A stretch of 64,000 nt of DNA from an uncultured Chitinophagales bacterium. Lineage in GTDB: Bacteria > Bacteroidota > Bacteroidia > Chitinophagales > S012-47. Below are positions 1 through 10,446 of the stretch, piece by piece; within the stretch, counting starts at the first letter, position 1; every line of letters starts with the position of its first letter. A program made the translations under genes and the position numbers. The stretch covers positions 4,334-68,333 of the forward strand of contig CAYRDC010000013.1 in assembly GCA_964422925.1 (NCBI GenBank), read 5' to 3'. The notes under the pieces were generated by a model. That model was not told where the DNA came from. It made no database searches and worked only from the letters and a program-made list of their open reading frames with translations.

Positions 1-1
1 C

Positions 2-1219
2 TACCTGAAAGACAAAATGGGCCGCCCGTTGGGCGAGTTTGAAAACGGCCAGTTCGATACCATGGCAGTCCGGGGACAGGACCTTACCACCACGCTGGAT
101 ATCCGTTTGCAGGCTTACGGGGAATGGCTTATGGAAGGCAAGCGGGGCAGCATTGTGGCCATTGACCCGTCCACTGGCGGCATCCTGGCCCTGGTCAGCA
201 GCCCGGGCTACGACCCGAACCTGCTGGTCGGAAGACAGCGCGGGGAACAATATTCTGCTTTGCTGCGGGATTCTGTCAATAAGCCGCTCATTAACCGTCC
301 CCTGTCCGCCCAGTACCCGCCCGGATCCACTTTCAAGCCCCTTATGGCCTTGATCGCCCTGCAGGAAGGCACACTGCGCACCAACACCGGTTTTCCCTGC
401 CATGGCGGATTTACCATTTCCGGCCTGCATGTCGGCTGCCATAACCACCCGGCCATCCATAACCTGACAGAAGCCATTCAACATTCCTGCAATGCCTATT
501 TCTGCAATGCCTTTGCCCACCTGATCGAATCGGGCCAATACCGCGATGAAAAGGAAGCGCTGGCGACATGGGCCCGGTATCTGAATGGCTTTGGTTTGGG
601 CCGGCTTACGGGAGTGGACCTGCCTTCTGAAGGCAAGGGATTCGTTCCCGGGCCGGAGTATTACGACAAGCTGTACCAGGGATACCGCTGGCGGGCTTCC
701 ACCATTATTTCGGCCGGCATCGGGCAGGGAGAGCTCCTGGTGACTCCGCTACAGCTGGCCAACGCCTATGCCATCATTGCCAACGGAGGGTGGTTTTATC
801 CGCCTCACCTGGCCATGTCGTTCAACGGGGATACCACCGGACTGGGCAAATATTATCACCGGCAAAACAGTGGCATTGACCCGGAATATTTTGATGCCAT
901 TCTGGACGGTTTGCAGGAGGCTGTGGACCATGGTACCGCCCGCCTGGCCAGGGTAGACAGTGTCACTGTATGCGGCAAAACGGGCACCGCCCAGAACCCG
1001 CATGGGAAGGATCATTCCATTTTCGCGGCTTTCGCGCCCCGGGAAAACCCGAAAATCGCCATTGCCGTGGTGGTTGAAAATGCCGGATTCGGGGGAACCT
1101 GGGCCGCGCCCATTGCCGGGCTGATGATTGAAAAATACCTGAAAGGATATATCCCCAGGCAAAAAAAATGGCTGGAAAATTATGTACGGCAAAAGATAAT
1201 TAACTATGCAGCGGAGTGA
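2..1219 (+). CDS. mrdA: Penicillin-binding protein 2 (5'-truncated by the window edge)
   Basis: Transpeptidase motifs GSTFKP (SxxK), SCN (SxN) and KTGTAQ; directly upstream of rodA; frame open from the window start. Confidence 0.93.
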   Translation, partial: YLKDKMGRPLGEFENGQFDTMAVRGQDLTTTLDIRLQAYGEWLMEGKRGSIVAIDPSTGGILALVSSPGYDPNLLVGRQRGEQYSALLRDSVNKPLINRPLSAQYPPGSTFKPLMALIALQEGTLRTNTGFPCHGGFTISGLHVGCHNHPAIHNLTEAIQHSCNAYFCNAFAHLIESGQYRDEKEALATWARYLNGFGLGRLTGVDLPSEGKGFVPGPEYYDKLYQGYRWRASTIISAGIGQGELLVTPLQLANAYAIIANGGWFYPPHLAMSFNGDTTGLGKYYHRQNSGIDPEYFDAILDGLQEAVDHGTARLARVDSVTVCGKTGTAQNPHGKDHSIFAAFAPRENPKIAIAVVVENAGFGGTWAAPIAGLMIEKYLKGYIPRQKKWLENYVRQKIINYAAE

Positions 1220-2480
1220 AAATATCGGCAGCTGGATCGACTGGTGGAGCCTGATCCTGTATGAGGCTCTGCTGGCTATGGGCTGGGCCATGGTGTATGC
1301 CGTGGAATATCGCGGGGAAAATTCGGTTTTATTCGATCTGAGCACACAATACGGAAAGCAATTGCTTTGGATTGCCATTTCCCTGGCGACCGGGCTGGCT
1401 ATTCTGATCATCGATCATAAATTTTACATCACTTTTTCGTGGTTCCTGTACATTTTGGCCATTGCGGCCCTGGTGGGGGTATTGGTACTGGCTCCGGAAG
1501 TGAAAGGGGCCCGTTCGTGGTTCAGCATAGGGGCCTTCAAGCTGCAGCCTTCCGAACTGGCCAAATTTGCCACAGCCCTGGCCCTGGCCCGTTACCTGAC
1601 CGGGCTGAATGTATCCTTGCGCAAGGGACGGCACCGTATCGCAGCGCTTGGGATTATCCTGCTCCCGGCCGGGTTGATCCTGTTGCAGCCTGACCCGGGT
1701 TCCGCGCTGGTCTTTCTGGGGCTTACGCTCGCTTTGTACCGGGAAGGATTTCCTGCCTGGCCCATGTGGCTGATCCTGGCGCTGGGTTTTTTGTTCCTGG
1801 CCACTATCCTCTGGGGTTCCCTGCCGGTGCTGGCCGGGTTGGCGGTGATCTGGCTGCTGGCTTCCCTGCTTTCACTCAGGCGCAAGCGGCAGGCAAGGAG
1901 CCGGCTGTTTTCCCTGCTGCTGGGGTTTGTTTTGCTGGGCGGATTTGTGCAGGTGGCCGTGCCTTTCACTTTTAACCATATCCTGAAAGAGCACCACCGC
2001 AACCGGATTAACGTGATACTGGGCAAGGAAACCACCCGCGGGGCGGATTATAACGTGATGCAATCCAAAATCGCCATCAGCAGCGGAGGCCTGTCAGGGA
2101 AAGGGTATCTGCAGGGCACCATTACGAAAGGAGAATTTGTACCGGAGCAAAGCACGGATTTTATATTCAGCACCGTGGGGGAAGAGTTCGGGTTTTTGGG
2201 TTCCCTGCTGGTCATCGGGCTGTTTACGGCTTTCCTCCTGCGGCTGATTGCCCTGGCCGAACGGCAGCGCTCCCGGTTCAGCCGCATATACGGATACGCG
2301 GTGGTCAGTATTTTCCTGGTTCATGTTATCATAAACATTGCCATGGCTACCGGGGTTTTCCCGGTGGTAGGCATTCCCCTGCCCTTTTTCAGCTATGGCG
2401 GATCGGCTTTGCTGGGTTTCAGCATATTGTTTTTCATCATGCTGAAACTGGATGCCACGCGGAAGCTTATTTTCCGGTAA
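1206..2480 (+). CDS. rodA: Rod shape-determining SEDS protein RodA
   Basis: Multi-TM protein with QPSELAK, LLQPDPGSA, PEQSTDFIF and GIPLPFFSYGGS motifs. Confidence 0.95.
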   Translation: MQRSENIGSWIDWWSLILYEALLAMGWAMVYAVEYRGENSVLFDLSTQYGKQLLWIAISLATGLAILIIDHKFYITFSWFLYILAIAALVGVLVLAPEVKGARSWFSIGAFKLQPSELAKFATALALARYLTGLNVSLRKGRHRIAALGIILLPAGLILLQPDPGSALVFLGLTLALYREGFPAWPMWLILALGFLFLATILWGSLPVLAGLAVIWLLASLLSLRRKRQARSRLFSLLLGFVLLGGFVQVAVPFTFNHILKEHHRNRINVILGKETTRGADYNVMQSKIAISSGGLSGKGYLQGTITKGEFVPEQSTDFIFSTVGEEFGFLGSLLVIGLFTAFLLRLIALAERQRSRFSRIYGYAVVSIFLVHVIINIAMATGVFPVVGIPLPFFSYGGSALLGFSILFFIMLKLDATRKLIFR

Positions 2481-2513
2481 ATAAACCCGCGGAGCCAACT
2501 GCCTTTCAATTCG

Positions 2514-2521
2514 TAATTTTG
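2514..2521 (+). promoter_or_regulatory. Bacteroidota primary-sigma -7 element for aspS
   Basis: TAATTTTG matches TAnnTTTG, 21 bp upstream of the start codon. Confidence 0.55.
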
Positions 2522-2542
2522 GCACTTTAAACACAGCGATAC

Positions 2543-4297
2543 ATGATGCGGACACATACCTGCGGTGAGCTCAGGCTGGAAGATTGCGGAAAGGAAGTCA
2601 TTCTGTGCGGATGGGTTCAGAAAAGCCGGGACCTGGGCGGAATGACATTTGTCGACCTGCGCGACCGGTACGGGATTACGCAAGCCGTTTTCAGCATGGA
2701 TGATGACCCGGCCCTGTGCGACAGGGCCCGCAGGCTCGGACGGGAATTCGTGGTCCGCGTCCACGGTACGGTGCGAGAAAGAAGCAATAAAAACCCGCAG
2801 CTGCCCACCGGTGACATTGAGCTGAAAGCCCGGCAACTGGAAGTGCTGAACAAAAGCAAAGTACCTCCTTTTACGATCGAAAAAGAAACCGATGGAGGCG
2901 ATGATCTGCGGATGCAATACCGGTACCTGGACCTGCGCAGGCCGGATTTGCGGACCAACATGGAGCTGCGCCACCGGATGGCACGGGCCACACGGGCTTA
3001 CCTGGATAAACAGGGTTTCCTGGAAATTGAAACGCCTTTCCTGATTAAAACCACCCCCGAAGGGGCCCGGGATTTTATTGTCCCTTCCCGGCTCAACCCC
3101 GGAAAATTCTACGCCCTGCCCCAGTCACCCCAGACTTTCAAGCAATTGCTCATGGTGGCGGGATTTGACCGATATTTCCAGCTGGTGAAATGTTTCCGCG
3201 ATGAAGACCTGAGGGCCGACCGGCAGCCGGAATTCACCCAGATCGACTGTGAAATGTCGTTCGTTGACCGGGAAGATGTACTGGAGACCTTTGAAGGGCT
3301 GATGCGCCATTTATTCCGGGAAATCAGGGGTATCGACCCGGGGCCTTTCCCCAGGATGAGCTATGCCGAAGCCTTGGAAACCTACGGCACCGACAAGCCG
3401 GACCTCCGGTTCGGCATGCCCATTTGCGATATCAGCTCTCTGGCGCGGGGACACGGGTTCGGGGTATTCGACCAGGCGGGCCTTGTGGCCTGCATCACGG
3501 TGCCCGGGGCAGCCGGTTATTCGCGCAAGCAGCTGGATGTCCTGACGGACTTTGTAAAGAAACCGCAGGTAGGCGCCAAAGGGCTGGTTTACGTGAAATG
3601 GCTGGAAGACGGGCAGTTCAAGTCATCGGTTGATAAGTTTTTTGATCCCGGCCAGTTGCAGGGCTGGGCAGACAAGGCCGGAGCCTCCCCGGGCGACCTG
3701 CTGTTGATTATGGCCGGGGATCCGGAGGAAACCAGGCGCCACCTGGGCATCCTGCGCCTCGAAATGGCCGAACGGCTGGGGCTGCGAAAAGAGGATGTCT
3801 TCAAGCCTTTGTGGGTGGTTGATTTCCCCTTGCTGGAATGGGATGAAGAGGAAAACCGGTTCACTGCGCTGCACCACCCGTTCACTTCTCCCCGGGCCGA
3901 CCAGCTTGGCCTGCTCGAATCCGATCCCGGGGCGGTGCTGGCCAATGCCTACGATATGGTCATCAATGGCGTGGAAGTGGGTGGCGGCTCCATCCGTATC
4001 CACGACCGCAAGCTGCAGGAAAAAGTGTTTGAACTGCTCGGGTTCAGCCGTGAGGAAGCCCGGGAGAAATTCGGGTTCCTGATGGGCGCTTTTGAATACG
4101 GGGCTCCGCCACACGGGGGCATTGCCTTCGGGTTTGACCGCCTGTGCGCCCTGTTTGCCGGCCAGGAATCCATCCGGGATTTTATTGCTTTTCCGAAAAA
4201 CAATGCCGGCAGGGATGTTATGCTGGACGCTCCTTCGGAAGCTGACCAGCAGCAACTGAACGAACTTTACCTGGATATACGGCCATTGCCTGAATAG
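2543..4297 (+). CDS. aspS: Aspartate--tRNA ligase
   Basis: [11 protein letters not shown]-terminus, [39 protein letters not shown]. Confidence 0.98.
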   Translation: MMRTHTCGELRLEDCGKEVILCGWVQKSRDLGGMTFVDLRDRYGITQAVFSMDDDPALCDRARRLGREFVVRVHGTVRERSNKNPQLPTGDIELKARQLEVLNKSKVPPFTIEKETDGGDDLRMQYRYLDLRRPDLRTNMELRHRMARATRAYLDKQGFLEIETPFLIKTTPEGARDFIVPSRLNPGKFYALPQSPQTFKQLLMVAGFDRYFQLVKCFRDEDLRADRQPEFTQIDCEMSFVDREDVLETFEGLMRHLFREIRGIDPGPFPRMSYAEALETYGTDKPDLRFGMPICDISSLARGHGFGVFDQAGLVACITVPGAAGYSRKQLDVLTDFVKKPQVGAKGLVYVKWLEDGQFKSSVDKFFDPGQLQGWADKAGASPGDLLLIMAGDPEETRRHLGILRLEMAERLGLRKEDVFKPLWVVDFPLLEWDEEENRFTALHHPFTSPRADQLGLLESDPGAVLANAYDMVINGVEVGGGSIRIHDRKLQEKVFELLGFSREEAREKFGFLMGAFEYGAPPHGGIAFGFDRLCALFAGQESIRDFIAFPKNNAGRDVMLDAPSEADQQQLNELYLDIRPLPE

Positions 4298-4422
4298 GGG
4301 GAATACAGAGGTGCGACCCTTTTTTTTGCTTTTAGTGATTAGCTATTGGGAATGAGCAACAGCGACCGGAGTATTTCCTGCCAAAAATGAAAGACTAAAG
4401 GCCAAAAACTCACTCTTCAGGG

Positions 4423-5110
4423 CTATCGGATGTGCGACCCCTTCGGGGTCGTGTTGTTTTTGTTTTGATTTGACTATAAAGGTTCGATGCCTCCGGCATC
4501 GGCCGGCATGCTGTTATTACTCCGTTGGCGCGCATTTAGCGACAGCGTAATGCCTGTCAGCCTCAGGCTGGCCTGCCTGCCGCAGGCAGGCGCTTGCAGC
4601 GGGGACAGGCAGCATGATGAAGAGAAAATAGCATGGGCGTGCAACCGCTTACCATTAGGGATAAGATAATCTCCCCCTCTTTGCGCGAAGCGGTGAGAGG
4701 GGGGCAGGGGGTCAAACCCACTGCCGCGCACTCCGCCCCAGGTTTAACGCTTTTTGTCCACCCCCTACACCCCCGCCTCCGTCCCGCCAAGGCGGGACTT
4801 TGGCGGGCAAGCCCGCCAGCGGGGGACATCCTTTAGGCATCCTCCAGGACAAAAGGCGGGCGTTGTGCGCAAGCCCGTACCGGTTGATAAGGCGTTGATA
4901 CCAAAGCACAGATTACTCCTCCCCTCCACCGGAGGGGGGACGCGGCCTCCGCGCGGTGCGGGGGTGAGTGTCAACTGTCTTCGCAAATGCTGCGGCAGGC
5001 AAAGGTAGCGACTGAAGAATCTCATCCCGGGTTATAACCACATCCTGTGCGGTCATTTCAGAGATACTGAATCAAGTTCCCCGCTTGCAGCGGGGGCAGG
5101 CAGCATGACG
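4423..5110. repeat. Mosaic of REP-like palindromic repeats, several nested
   Basis: Hairpins CGACCCC-TTC-GGGGTCG (4435-4451), CGATGCC-TCC-GGCATCG (4485-4501), GCCTGCCTG-CCG-CAGGCAGGC (4571-4591), GTCCCGCC-AA-GGCGGGAC (4781-4798), TGGCGGGC-AA-GCCCGCCA (4801-4818), CCCCTCC-ACC-GGAGGGG (~4920-4937), CCCCGCT-TGC-AGCGGGG (5079-5095); 27-bp direct repeat at 4591-4617 and 5082-5108 with 1 mismatch. Confidence 0.8.
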
Positions 5111-5137
5111 ATTATGTAAATAGCAGGGAATTACGGC

Positions 5138-8014
5138 TCAGGCCAACTCCCGCTTCAGGAATTGCCCGGTATAACTGGCAGGTTCACGGGCTATTTCCTC
5201 CGGGGTTCCGGCAGCGATAATGCGTCCCCCGGCTTCACCCCCTTCCGGGCCAAGGTCAATCACATAATCCGCTACCTTGATGACATCCATATTGTGCTCG
5301 ATAACGATCACGCTGTTGCCTTTATCCACCAGGCGCTGCAGCACGTCCAGCAGCACCCGGATGTCTTCAAAATGCAGCCCGGTAGTGGGCTCATCCAGGA
5401 TGTACAGGGTTTTACCTGTATCGCGTTTGGAAAGTTCGGATGCCAGCTTCACGCGCTGGGCTTCCCCGCCTGACAAAGTAGTGGAGGACTGGCCGAGGCG
5501 GATATATCCGAGTCCCACATCTTCCAGGGTTTGCAGCTTCCTGTAAATGGAAGGTACATTCTGGAAAAACGTTACGGCCTCCTCCACGGTCATGTTCAGC
5601 ACGTCACTGATAGAGTGCCCTTTATAATGAATATCCAGGGTCTCCCGGTTATAGCGCTTTCCGAGGCAGGTTTCGCAGGGGACATAGACATCCGGCAGAA
5701 AATTCATTTCAATCAGGCGCATTCCACCGCCCTTGCAGGTTTCGCAACGGCCTCCTTTCACGTTAAAGGAAAAGCGTCCGGGTTTATAGCCACGGATACG
5801 GGCTTCCGGCACCTGGGTAAACAACTGGCGGATATCGGTAAACACGCCAATATAGGTAGCCGGGTTGCTGCGCGGGGTGCGACCGATAGGGCTCTGGTCA
5901 ATTTCAATGACCTTGTCGAGATGCTCCAGGCCCTTAACCTCCCGGTAAGGCAGCGCTTTGGCCCGCGAACGGTAAAAATGCCGTCTGAGGATCGGGTACA
6001 GGGTCTGGTTGATGAGGCTGGATTTCCCGCTGCCTGAAACCCCGGTAACACATATGAACGTTCCCAACGGGAGTTTCAGGTCCACTGATTTCAGGTTATG
6101 GCCGGCAGCCCCTTTCAGCACCAGGAATTTTCCGTTGGGTTTTCTGCGCCAGTCGGGAATGGCAATGGATTTCTCGCCCAGCAGGTACCGGGCGGTGATG
6201 GAGCCGTTTCCTTTGAATTTTTCGGGAGGACCGGCCGTTACCACGTATCCCCCATGTTCCCCGGCCCCCGGGCCCAGGTCAACCAGGTAATCGGCCGAGA
6301 GCATCATTTCCTTGTCATGCTCCACCACAATTACCGTATTGCCTGAATCGCAGAGCTTTTTGAGCGCCTGGATGAGCCGTTGGTTATCCCGCTGGTGCAA
6401 ACCAATGGAGGGTTCATCGAGGATATAGGTAATACCCTGCAGTTTGGAGCCGATCTGGGTGGCCAGCCGGATGCGCTGCCCCTCCCCGCCTGAGAGGGAA
6501 GCAGCCGGGCGGTCGAGGGTCAGGTAACCGAGGCCCACGTTCTGGAGGAAACGCAGGCGCTCCCGCAGCTCTTTCAACACGCCTTCGGCTATGGCCCGCT
6601 GCCGTTCCGACAAACGGTCTTCCAGGTTCTCCATCCAGCGGTTCAACGACACGATGTCCATGGTTACCAGGTCATGGATGTTCCTGCCGTCAATCAGGAA
6701 CCATAAGGCTTCTTTTTTCAGCCGTTTTCCCTCACATTCCGGGCAGGAGACGATTTCCATAAATTGGGAAGCCCAGTTGCGCACGTTGTCGGACGAGGTG
6801 GCAAAGTAGGCCCGTTTGACCATGCTTACCACTCCGCCATACTCGAGCGTGTACCACCGTTCATCCGGGCCGAACTGAAGCGGAACTTCCACTTTGCGGT
6901 CGGCATGCCCGTAGAGGATGATATTGATAACCTTCGGGTCAATGTCACGGATGGGTTCAGACAGGCTGAACTTATATTGCCGGGCCAGGGATTTCAACTG
7001 CCTGAACAAAAAATTATCGCGAAGCTCCCCGAGCGGGGCAATCCCTCCCTGGCTGATCGAGAGGTCCGGGTCAGGAATCAGGGAATCCGTATTGATTTCC
7101 TGGATGGTTCCCAGCCCCTTGCAGTTGGGGCAGGCGCCATAAGGCGAATTGAAAGAAAAGGTGTTTGGCGAAGGGTCCTCATACGACAGGCCCGATTCCG
7201 GATCCATCAACTGGCGTGAAAAGCTCTGGGTTTTGCCTGTGTCATAATCCAGCACCATGATCAGGCCTTTGCCCATTTTCAGAGCCACGGACAGGGAATC
7301 GCGTAAACGGGTTTCCTCCAGGGCATTGACCCGCAGGCGGTCGATCACCAGTTCGATGTCGTGCACTTTATAGCGGTCAACCTGCATTCGTTCCACCAGG
7401 TCCACGATTTCACCGTCCACCCGGATCTTGAGGTATCCCTGTTTGCGGGCATGTTCAAACAATTCGCGGTAATGGCCCTTGCGGCCGCGCACCAATGGCG
7501 CCAGCAAAACGATCCGCTTGTCGCGAAAGGTCTCCAGCAGGTGCTCAACGATCTGGTTTTCCGTGAAATGCTCCATCTTCTTCCCCGAAGCCCAGGAATA
7601 AGCCTCTCCGGCCCGGGCAAACAGCAGGCGCAGGAAATCATAAATTTCGGTAACGGTTCCGACCGTGGAACGCGGGTTCCGGTTCGTGGTTTTTTGCTCA
7701 ATGCTGATAACCGGACTGAGATTATCGATCCGGTCAACGTCCGGGCGTTCCATATTGCCGATGAATTGCCGGGCATAGGCTGAGAAGCTTTCCATATACC
7801 TGCGCTGACCTTCCGCGTAAATGGTATCAAATGCCAGGGAAGATTTGCCGGAACCGCTGATACCAGTCAGCACGGTCAGCCGGTTGCGCGGTAATTTTAC
7901 GTCTATGTTTTTGAGGTTATGCACCCGCGCTCCGTACACTTCCAGCCAGGTATGGTTCCGGGCTGTGGATTTTTCTGGCTTGCCGGTTGATGGTTTGGTG
8001 TTGTGTTTTGTCAT
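5138..8014 (-). CDS. uvrA: Excinuclease ABC subunit A
   Basis: Two Walker A motifs (GISGSGKSS, GVSGSGKSS), two LSGGE signatures, zinc fingers, GRFSFNVKGGRCE. Confidence 0.98.
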   Translation of the reverse strand: MTKHNTKPSTGKPEKSTARNHTWLEVYGARVHNLKNIDVKLPRNRLTVLTGISGSGKSSLAFDTIYAEGQRRYMESFSAYARQFIGNMERPDVDRIDNLSPVISIEQKTTNRNPRSTVGTVTEIYDFLRLLFARAGEAYSWASGKKMEHFTENQIVEHLLETFRDKRIVLLAPLVRGRKGHYRELFEHARKQGYLKIRVDGEIVDLVERMQVDRYKVHDIELVIDRLRVNALEETRLRDSLSVALKMGKGLIMVLDYDTGKTQSFSRQLMDPESGLSYEDPSPNTFSFNSPYGACPNCKGLGTIQEINTDSLIPDPDLSISQGGIAPLGELRDNFLFRQLKSLARQYKFSLSEPIRDIDPKVINIILYGHADRKVEVPLQFGPDERWYTLEYGGVVSMVKRAYFATSSDNVRNWASQFMEIVSCPECEGKRLKKEALWFLIDGRNIHDLVTMDIVSLNRWMENLEDRLSERQRAIAEGVLKELRERLRFLQNVGLGYLTLDRPAASLSGGEGQRIRLATQIGSKLQGITYILDEPSIGLHQRDNQRLIQALKKLCDSGNTVIVVEHDKEMMLSADYLVDLGPGAGEHGGYVVTAGPPEKFKGNGSITARYLLGEKSIAIPDWRRKPNGKFLVLKGAAGHNLKSVDLKLPLGTFICVTGVSGSGKSSLINQTLYPILRRHFYRSRAKALPYREVKGLEHLDKVIEIDQSPIGRTPRSNPATYIGVFTDIRQLFTQVPEARIRGYKPGRFSFNVKGGRCETCKGGGMRLIEMNFLPDVYVPCETCLGKRYNRETLDIHYKGHSISDVLNMTVEEAVTFFQNVPSIYRKLQTLEDVGLGYIRLGQSSTTLSGGEAQRVKLASELSKRDTGKTLYILDEPTTGLHFEDIRVLLDVLQRLVDKGNSVIVIEHNMDVIKVADYVIDLGPEGGEAGGRIIAAGTPEEIAREPASYTGQFLKRELA

Positions 8015-8125
8015 GAAATGCGGAGCGAAGAATTTGCAAAATTACTGATTTTTAAGCAGAAATCCTCCGGAAATTTCCTTTTGAAACCATTGGGGTTTCG
8101 GTTCCGGCCTGCCAGCGGAAATCGG

Positions 8126-8133
8126 TACCTTTG
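8126..8133 (+). promoter_or_regulatory. -7 promoter element abutting the pcrA start
   Basis: TACCTTTG ends 2 bp before ATGATG. Confidence 0.5.
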
Positions 8134-8135
8134 CC

Positions 8136-10409
8136 ATGATGTCTTACCTGGATGAACTGAATGAAGCCCAACGCAGGGCCGTGGAGCATATAAACGGCCC
8201 GCTTTTGGTTATTGCCGGCCCCGGTTCGGGGAAAACCCGGGTACTCACTTACCGGATCGCCCACCTCATGCAGCAGGGCGTAGATCCGTTTCATATCCTG
8301 GCCCTGACCTTCACCAATAAAGCATCCCGGGAAATGAAGCACCGGATTGAAAAAATCACCGGCCCGGAAGCCAAAAATCTGTGGATGGGCACCTTCCATT
8401 CGGTTTTTGCCCGTATCCTGCGCATTGACGGTAAAAAACTGGGATACCCCTCCAATTATTCCATCTACGACACCCAGGATTCGCGCAACCTGATCAGGAA
8501 TATCATTAAGGAAATGGGGCTGAACACTTCCCTTTACAAAGCCTCCGTGGTGCATAACCGGATCTCGGCTGCTAAAAACAGCCTGATCAATGCCGGGCAT
8601 TATGTGCAGACCCCCGAACTGATAACCGAAGACGAAGCCTCCGGGAGGCCGAGGATCGGAGAAATCTTCCTGGAATATTCGAAGCGCTGTTTTCAGTCAG
8701 GCGCCATGGATTTTGACGACCTGCTGCTGAAAATGTACGAACTGCTCGACAATTTCCCGGAAGCGCTCTACAAGTACCAGCAAAAGTTCCGCTATATCCT
8801 CATTGATGAATTCCAGGATACCAACCGGGCGCAGTACGCCATCGTGAAAATGCTGGCGGATGTGTACCAGAATATCTGCGTAGTGGGCGATGACGCGCAA
8901 AGTATATATGCTTTCCGGGGCGCCAACCTGGAAAACATCCTTCATTTTGAAAAGGATTTTCCGGACCTCTCCATTTACAAACTGGAGCAGAATTACCGGT
9001 CAACCAAGTACATTGTCGAAGCGGCCAACAAGCTCATCACCCACAACAAGCGGCAGTTGGTCAAAACCATCTGGACCGAGAACGAGGCCGGACAAAAGAT
9101 CCGTGTATTCCGCACCATGAGCGACAATGACGAAGGCCGGGCCGTTGCTGACAGTATCATGGAGGAAAAGTTGCGTAATCATTACCACAATGATGATTTT
9201 GCCATCCTATACCGTACCAACGCCCAATCCAGGGCCTTTGAAGATGCTTTGCGGAGGGCCAATATCCGTTACCAGGTGTACGGAGGGGTGGCCTTTTACC
9301 AGCGGAAGGAAATCAAAGATGCCCTGGCATACATGAGGCTGGTGGTGAATCCGGATGATGAGGAGGCTTTGCGCAGGGTTATCAACTACCCGGCCCGGGG
9401 CATCGGGAAGACCACCATGGAGAAGGTGACGGTGCTGGCCCATGAGCAGGATGTTTCCCTTTGGAAAATCCTGAAGCGCATCGGGGAGTATTCATTCAAC
9501 AGCCGCGCCCGCGGCCAGGTAGAAGCCTTTGTTACCATGATCAAGAGTTTCCAGGCTCAGCTGGATAAAAAAGACGCCTGGGAACTGGCCGAACATATCG
9601 TGCAGGATACCGGGCTGCGGGCTGAGCTGAAAAAAGACAACACCATTGAAGGCCTCGGCCGGCTGGACAACCTGAATGAATTGCTCAACAGCATTAAGGA
9701 ATTCACCGTACCGCCCGAATTTGACGATGAGGGCAACCCCCTGCCCCAGGCCGACACCGGACTGGGGGCTTACCTGCAGCAAATCAGCCTGCTGACCGAT
9801 CAGGACCAGGATGAAGTGGAAGACACGGTTAAGCTCATGACCATACACGCGGCCAAAGGGCTGGAATTCCCGGTGGTTTACATAGCCGGTCTGGAGGAAA
9901 ACCTCTTCCCGTCCATTCTTTCCATTGCCAGCCGCGATGACCTGGAGGAAGAAAGGCGGTTGTTTTATGTGGCCATCACGCGGGCCAAGCAGAAATTGTA
10001 TTTAAGCTACGCGGCCACCCGCTTCCGCTTTGGCGACCTGCTCTACTGCGAACCCAGCCGGTTCCTGGAAGAGCTTCCTGAAGAAGTGCTGGAAATGCCA
10101 ATAACCAGGGCTTCGCAAAAAGACAAACCCTCCCCGGCTCCTTCCAGGTCAGGAACCACCAAGGTTATGCCGGCAAGCACCCGGACATACACCCACCAGC
10201 CTTCCCCGGATTTCACGGCAGCCAATCCTGAAGCTTTGCAAGCAGGCATGGAGGTGGAGCACCAAAAATTCGGGTTTGGCAAAATAGTCAGCATTGAAGG
10301 GAACGGGCAAAACCGCATTGCCAATATTTTCTTCCACGATGTGGGAACCAAACGCATAATGCTCAAATTTGCCCGCCTGCATATCGTGAACAGAAAAGCC
10401 ATGGACTAA
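8136..10409 (+). CDS. pcrA: ATP-dependent DNA helicase, UvrD/PcrA family
   Basis: AGPGSGKT, DEFQDTN, VGDDAQSIYAFRGA, TIHAAKGLEF, EERRLFYVAITRA; C-terminal Tudor-like domain. Confidence 0.96.
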   Translation: MMSYLDELNEAQRRAVEHINGPLLVIAGPGSGKTRVLTYRIAHLMQQGVDPFHILALTFTNKASREMKHRIEKITGPEAKNLWMGTFHSVFARILRIDGKKLGYPSNYSIYDTQDSRNLIRNIIKEMGLNTSLYKASVVHNRISAAKNSLINAGHYVQTPELITEDEASGRPRIGEIFLEYSKRCFQSGAMDFDDLLLKMYELLDNFPEALYKYQQKFRYILIDEFQDTNRAQYAIVKMLADVYQNICVVGDDAQSIYAFRGANLENILHFEKDFPDLSIYKLEQNYRSTKYIVEAANKLITHNKRQLVKTIWTENEAGQKIRVFRTMSDNDEGRAVADSIMEEKLRNHYHNDDFAILYRTNAQSRAFEDALRRANIRYQVYGGVAFYQRKEIKDALAYMRLVVNPDDEEALRRVINYPARGIGKTTMEKVTVLAHEQDVSLWKILKRIGEYSFNSRARGQVEAFVTMIKSFQAQLDKKDAWELAEHIVQDTGLRAELKKDNTIEGLGRLDNLNELLNSIKEFTVPPEFDDEGNPLPQADTGLGAYLQQISLLTDQDQDEVEDTVKLMTIHAAKGLEFPVVYIAGLEENLFPSILSIASRDDLEEERRLFYVAITRAKQKLYLSYAATRFRFGDLLYCEPSRFLEELPEEVLEMPITRASQKDKPSPAPSRSGTTKVMPASTRTYTHQPSPDFTAANPEALQAGMEVEHQKFGFGKIVSIEGNGQNRIANIFFHDVGTKRIMLKFARLHIVNRKAMD

Positions 10410-10414
10410 TCCTA

Positions 10415-10446
10415 TTTGTTATTGCCGACAATTCCCTATAACTTTG
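10415..10446 (+). promoter_or_regulatory. Bacteroidota -33/-7 promoter of the DUF4290-murA operon
   Basis: TTTG (10415-10418), 20-nt spacer, TAACTTTG (10439-10446). Confidence 0.7.

Noticed and set aside
4474-5025. Short ORFs in the aspS-uvrA spacer
   Set aside because: They are translations of GC-rich palindromes with no protein-like motifs.
4298-5137. CRISPR array or integron attC array
   Set aside because: The repeats are heterogeneous and irregularly spaced, and no cas or integrase gene is present.
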